IMG/VR virus record: IMGVR_UViG_3300042914_003763
Coordinates: 1 to 64,000 of that record
Direction: 5' to 3' (one strand)
From: a virus
Length of the DNA: 64,000 bases
The position numbers were made by a program, and so were the translations under genes. This document shows positions 60,348-64,000 of this stretch, piece by piece. The stretch's first letter is position 1; each line of letters begins with the position of its first letter. The notes below the pieces were generated by a model. That model searched no databases. It was not told the origin of the DNA and saw only the letters and a program-made list of their open reading frames with translations.

Positions 60348-60561
60348 TTAACCTCTTCTAATATAATCACGCCAAGATTCATCATTAAACTTTAAGTCAA
60401 CTCGTAATTGTTTAACTTGTAGTTCTAAGTTGTTAATTCTATTATCTTTTGCTTCAATTCTATTAACAAAGTATTCATACATGATTAACAACAGTTTCTT
60501 TTCTTGTTCTGTTAATTCAACATTAATACGTTCTTTAAGCCAACGTTGAAAGTTTTTTCAT
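60348..60561 (-). pseudogene. Small gene with +1 frameshift in an A6 run after ATG
   Basis: Removing one A gives MKNFQRWLKERINVELTEQEKK...DYIRRG*, filling the gap between neighbours. Confidence 0.45.
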
Positions 60562-60578
60562 GTCTGATGTTCACTACT

Positions 60579-60851
60579 TTACCAAGTTAATCCTAAGTTA
60601 TCAGCATTACCTCTACAAGTAAAGTTAGGATTATTATGACAAATCCAACTCTTACTAACTTGTAGTTGTAGTTCTGGTGATTGTTGTTTTAAAGCTTCAC
60701 TACATTCAATATAAAGTTTACAAGTTACTGCACAATCTGAACATGACTTTGGTAGTAGTGGTAGTTCTCTATTATCATAATTTAACATCCTCATAAAGTA
60801 TTCTTCATTGTATTCAGTTTTTGGAGTGATATTACATTTAATTTTTTTCAT
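60579..60851 (-). CDS. Cys-rich hypothetical protein
   Basis: CSDC, WICH, TCRG; possible metal binding. Confidence 0.55.
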   Translation of the reverse strand: MKKIKCNITPKTEYNEEYFMRMLNYDNRELPLLPKSCSDCAVTCKLYIECSEALKQQSPELQLQVSKSWICHNNPNFTCRGNADNLGLTW

Positions 60852-60855
60852 TTTT

Positions 60856-61632
60856 CTATCTCTTAATTCTATAAACAATCATTTCTTTAACAGGTGTTCT
60901 ATCACCATTACAACTAATACTTCGTGGTGCAATAACATCACTAACTATGAAATCAGCATCACTATATAACTTAACTAACGTATCATCATAACTATTACTA
61001 GCTATAACAGTACAGTTAAGTTGGGATAACCAATTAACTAATCGTAGTTGATCTTCCCATTTGAAGTCTTGTTGTGCATATTTAGTGAATACATTATAGT
61101 AAGGTGGATCTACATATACAAAATCATCATCATTAATCTCAAGTTGTTCAAAATCACTACAAGAGAAACAATAGGTAGAAAAAAGATTAGTGTAGTTAGT
61201 GAAGTCTTGTAGCAACTTAACTGTTTTGTATTTACCGTATGGTACATTAAATTCTCCTTTGTTATTGAATCTACAAAGACCATTGAAACAATGTTTGTTT
61301 AGATAGTAAAACAATAACGCCGCATCTTTAGTTAAGTAGTTATTTTCTTCTATCCAAATATTAAACTGATTACGCCAAGTGTAATAGTAACTTTCATCAT
61401 TAACAAACAAATCTAAGTTAATATCTAGTTGTTGTTGTATTTGTTTATAGAGGTTAATTAAGTGAGGATTAACGTCATTAAGTAATGCAACTTCTGGTTC
61501 AATATGTAATGTAACAGCACTAGCACCACAAAACGGTTCAACTAATCGTTTATAGCTACCAGCATAATAATGTTCTGCTATATGATTAGCAAGGTGTCCT
61601 TTTGATCCACACCATTTTAACAAGGGTTTCAT
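60856..61632 (-). CDS. dam: DNA adenine methyltransferase (Dam family)
   Basis: LKWCGSK, VEPFCG, LNDVN, FNGLCRFN..G.FNVPYG, VYVDPPY. Confidence 0.92.
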   Translation of the reverse strand: MKPLLKWCGSKGHLANHIAEHYYAGSYKRLVEPFCGASAVTLHIEPEVALLNDVNPHLINLYKQIQQQLDINLDLFVNDESYYYTWRNQFNIWIEENNYLTKDAALLFYYLNKHCFNGLCRFNNKGEFNVPYGKYKTVKLLQDFTNYTNLFSTYCFSCSDFEQLEINDDDFVYVDPPYYNVFTKYAQQDFKWEDQLRLVNWLSQLNCTVIASNSYDDTLVKLYSDADFIVSDVIAPRSISCNGDRTPVKEMIVYRIKR

Positions 61633-61634
61633 AA

Positions 61635-61787
61635 CTACTCTCCATAAGGAAATAACACTAACAATGGTAAGCTACAGATGGTCGCAATAGTAAAGCTGTA
61701 ATAATCACCAGCTAACCATCTGTCACATAAACCAAATGCAAAACCACCAGATAGAAAAATAAATGCTGCGAGTTTAATGTAAGTCAT
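61635..61787 (-). CDS. Small two-helix membrane protein, 50 aa, not in the ORF track
   Basis: MTYIKLAAFIFLSGGFAFGL...FTIATICSLPLLVLFPYGE. Confidence 0.45.
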   Translation of the reverse strand: MTYIKLAAFIFLSGGFAFGLCDRWLAGDYYSFTIATICSLPLLVLFPYGE

Positions 61788-62115
61788 CTGTAAATACCCG
61801 ATCAAATAATTTATTTATGTTGTGTAAGTCAAATGATCCTTCATTTGTTATATTGAAACCTTCATACTTAACATAAGTTAAATCCATAAAAAGATTTATA
61901 CCTACATCAATAGCTAAATTATATTCAACATCTATAACAGGTTCTTGCCAACAATGAATAATTATACTATCAACTTCTTTAATATCATGTTTATCTAAAT
62001 AACTAAACAAACATTCAACGATATTACGTAACTTCTGTATTGTTTCATTATCATAACTAGTCGTTAGTTCTTGTATTCTGTTGTTACAATACCGTAATGC
62101 TTCACTTGTCAACAT
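61774..62115 (-). CDS. Hypothetical protein
   Basis: ORF with GGAG RBS. Confidence 0.6.
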   Translation of the reverse strand: MLTSEALRYCNNRIQELTTSYDNETIQKLRNIVECLFSYLDKHDIKEVDSIIIHCWQEPVIDVEYNLAIDVGINLFMDLTYVKYEGFNITNEGSFDLHNINKLFDRVFTDDLH

Positions 62116-62126
62116 AACTATAACTC

Positions 62127-62885
62127 CTAATCTGGTATTCGTTTATTGCGCCGCACAAAGTCTAAAGCCGTTAGTAATCTATTATATGTTTTTTCTACCT
62201 CTTTCAGTCTATCTTCTGATATTTCATCGTTGTGTTCACTTGCAAACTGTATTTGTATAACACCATAATAATTGTTCTTTTCACCATTAACAGGAATAAG
62301 TCTAGTGTAAACAGCTTCTAATCCTATGCTATTAAGATATTGCTTGCAACCATTATCAACGTTAACATCTGAAATAGCATTACGAGTAAACTTATCTGAT
62401 TGGTAAGTTAATAACTCATCTTCTATTCCAGTTACATCAATATTCTTATAGCGTTTACGTAATGATGTTATACCAGTTTTAAGTGACTCATATGCCAGAC
62501 TTAACTTAGTGAAATGAAAACTCCCAACACTAGTACCATTATGAAACAATCCTACTACAACACGATCTGCATCAGTTAACGCTCTTAACTCAATTAATAT
62601 TTGTTCTATTTTCTTCTTCTGTTGAACCGAATCCTTATTGATGTAAGCTATTATGTTACCAGTTGTTGTTTTAAGTAATCTTATTTTACTAATATGATTT
62701 TGTATCACTACTACACTAGCTAGTAGTAACAATAATAAGTTAATAAAACTAATAGTACCTGTTTCTTTATATATTTTAATAGTATCTGTAATTAATTCTA
62801 TTTCTACATTAGTATTAGGTTCTTTAGTTGTACTTGTTGTTTGAGCAATGAACATAAAATATGATGTACGATATTGAATTACCAT
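62127..62885 (-). CDS. TM helix plus GAF-like domain protein, possible holin
   Basis: FINLLLLLLASVVVI; ADRVVVGLFHNG; YGVIQIQF. Confidence 0.55.
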   Translation of the reverse strand: MVIQYRTSYFMFIAQTTSTTKEPNTNVEIELITDTIKIYKETGTISFINLLLLLLASVVVIQNHISKIRLLKTTTGNIIAYINKDSVQQKKKIEQILIELRALTDADRVVVGLFHNGTSVGSFHFTKLSLAYESLKTGITSLRKRYKNIDVTGIEDELLTYQSDKFTRNAISDVNVDNGCKQYLNSIGLEAVYTRLIPVNGEKNNYYGVIQIQFASEHNDEISEDRLKEVEKTYNRLLTALDFVRRNKRIPD

Positions 62886-62927
62886 ACATCATATTTTAAC
62901 TGATTACCGTAATACTACTACAATAGT

Positions 62928-63416
62928 TTATACATCGTTATTGTGTTCATCTTTCGTCTCATTACTTAACTTAATAAGAGAAGATAACACTGAATTAAAT
63001 ATTTCACGTTTCTCTTCTATTTGACCACCAGCGATAACTTCGTGTAAATCAAAGTCCTTCGATTCAATACCGAACTCTTTTACATAACTATTCACGTAAT
63101 TAGCCCGATTTAAGTTGGAATATAACCATTTCAACAAATCAAAGGTATAAATATTTGATTCAATTTCAATATCTAAATCCTTTAATTCATTGATACTACT
63201 ATCAGCAATCAAACTAAGTACATCAACAATATAATTATACACATAGTCATCAGGCATCATGTCACCATGAGCTACACGACATAATTCTTGTAATTTAGGA
63301 TCGGCATCATCTTTTCGCTTGTAGGTAGAAAAATTTTCAGTTCGTTCTAACGGTTCAAACTGATCAACATAACGTGCTGCTAATTCTCGTACTGCATCCA
63401 CATTGTAATCTGACAT
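62928..63416 (-). CDS. Acidic Ocr-like/antirestriction-like protein
   Basis: AHGDMMPDD.VY, NIYTFDLLKWL, IAGGQ.EE..EI; acidic and helical. Confidence 0.45.
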   Translation of the reverse strand: MSDYNVDAVRELAARYVDQFEPLERTENFSTYKRKDDADPKLQELCRVAHGDMMPDDYVYNYIVDVLSLIADSSINELKDLDIEIESNIYTFDLLKWLYSNLNRANYVNSYVKEFGIESKDFDLHEVIAGGQIEEKREIFNSVLSSLIKLSNETKDEHNNDV

Positions 63417-63485
63417 AATTCCTCTTTTTCTATCTCTAATAGCCACCAACAACAGTAATTGGAAACTTAATGAACGGATGACTAA

Positions 63486-64000
63486 TTACCAATTTAAAGC
63501 ACTACTTACAATTGGTAATTCTGTAATGAACAATTGTTTAACTTCATTAGCTAAATCGTAATGTTCTTTCTGTGTGCCAGATTCAGGGTTAGCACGAACA
63601 TTTAAATAATGAATCCAACTCCTGATTGTACCATTCATATACATCTTAGTTGTACTACTCATTGGTAATATACGTCTCGCTGATTCTTTAGCAATACCTT
63701 TATCTAATGCTTCATTATAGGTAGAAAAAAGTAATTGGTTTATGTAATTAACATTATCATCAAACCACTGTTTTGTTTCTACCTCTAAATCATCAATACT
63801 ATTCTGACGGTTTTTCACATCTTGACGACGTGGAATAGTTGGTTCAACTGTGAGAACTTTGGCGTATCGTTGTGAAAACTCTTGAAACGAAAAAGATTTA
63901 TGTCTAATTATTTGTGCTGATATATCTCTCGATGTAGTTAATTCAACACACATATTACCCATTTCAAATATAGACCAGTGTTGATGCTCAATACAATATC
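63486..64000 (-). CDS. thyX: FAD-dependent thymidylate synthase (5' end outside the window)
   Basis: [52 protein letters not shown]. Confidence 0.95.
   Translation of the reverse strand, partial: YCIEHQHWSIFEMGNMCVELTTSRDISAQIIRHKSFSFQEFSQRYAKVLTVEPTIPRRQDVKNRQNSIDDLEVETKQWFDDNVNYINQLLFSTYNEALDKGIAKESARRILPMSSTTKMYMNGTIRSWIHYLNVRANPESGTQKEHYDLANEVKQLFITELPIVSSALNW

Larger units (their letters stand above)
430..63729. repeat. Dispersed 11-mer AG[A/G]TAGAAAAA, about 65-70 copies on both strands
   Basis: Plus-strand examples 430, 1021, 1722, 3456, 5746, 6341, 24662, 45000, 63719; minus-strand examples 2504, 4215, 7390, 26501, 33096, 47094, 60851. Confidence 0.9.

Noticed and set aside
1-64000. 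CRISPR array or Cas system
   Set aside because: No regularly spaced direct repeats seen; the 11-mer is dispersed in both orientations; the RuvC protein is 159 aa with resolvase motifs, not Cas12 or TnpB

Overview
AT-rich (roughly 30% GC by eye) segment of a temperate tailed phage. The host is very probably a cyanobacterium, judged from the XisA/XisC-type tyrosine integrase next to a 3'-half tRNA-Ser attP-like core. The window holds most of a siphovirus-like morphogenesis set: TerS, TerL, a giant MuF, Mu-I-like protease, scaffold, capsid, neck, tail tube, tape measure, hub, fibres and a far-displaced portal. It also carries a small ncRNA/tRNA cluster and a leftward arm with RuvC, DHFR, Dam, an Ocr-like protein and ThyX. 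Two linked features stand out. (1) About 15 genes scattered among the virion genes share a leader M-F-F-L-S-D-x(3-7)-[F/Y] and/or a VKxYVRKG hairpin, followed by a basic GxKDKKKRK hook, Gly-rich hydrophobic segments and variable cargo (ADP-ribosyltransferase-like, lipase-like, others). I infer a capsid-targeted, protease-matured set of injected proteins. (2) An asymmetric 11-mer AG[A/G]TAGAAAAA occurs about 65-70 times by eye, on both strands and in several reading frames; its reverse complement encodes the FFLS leader. All protein calls come from motif recognition, not database searches.
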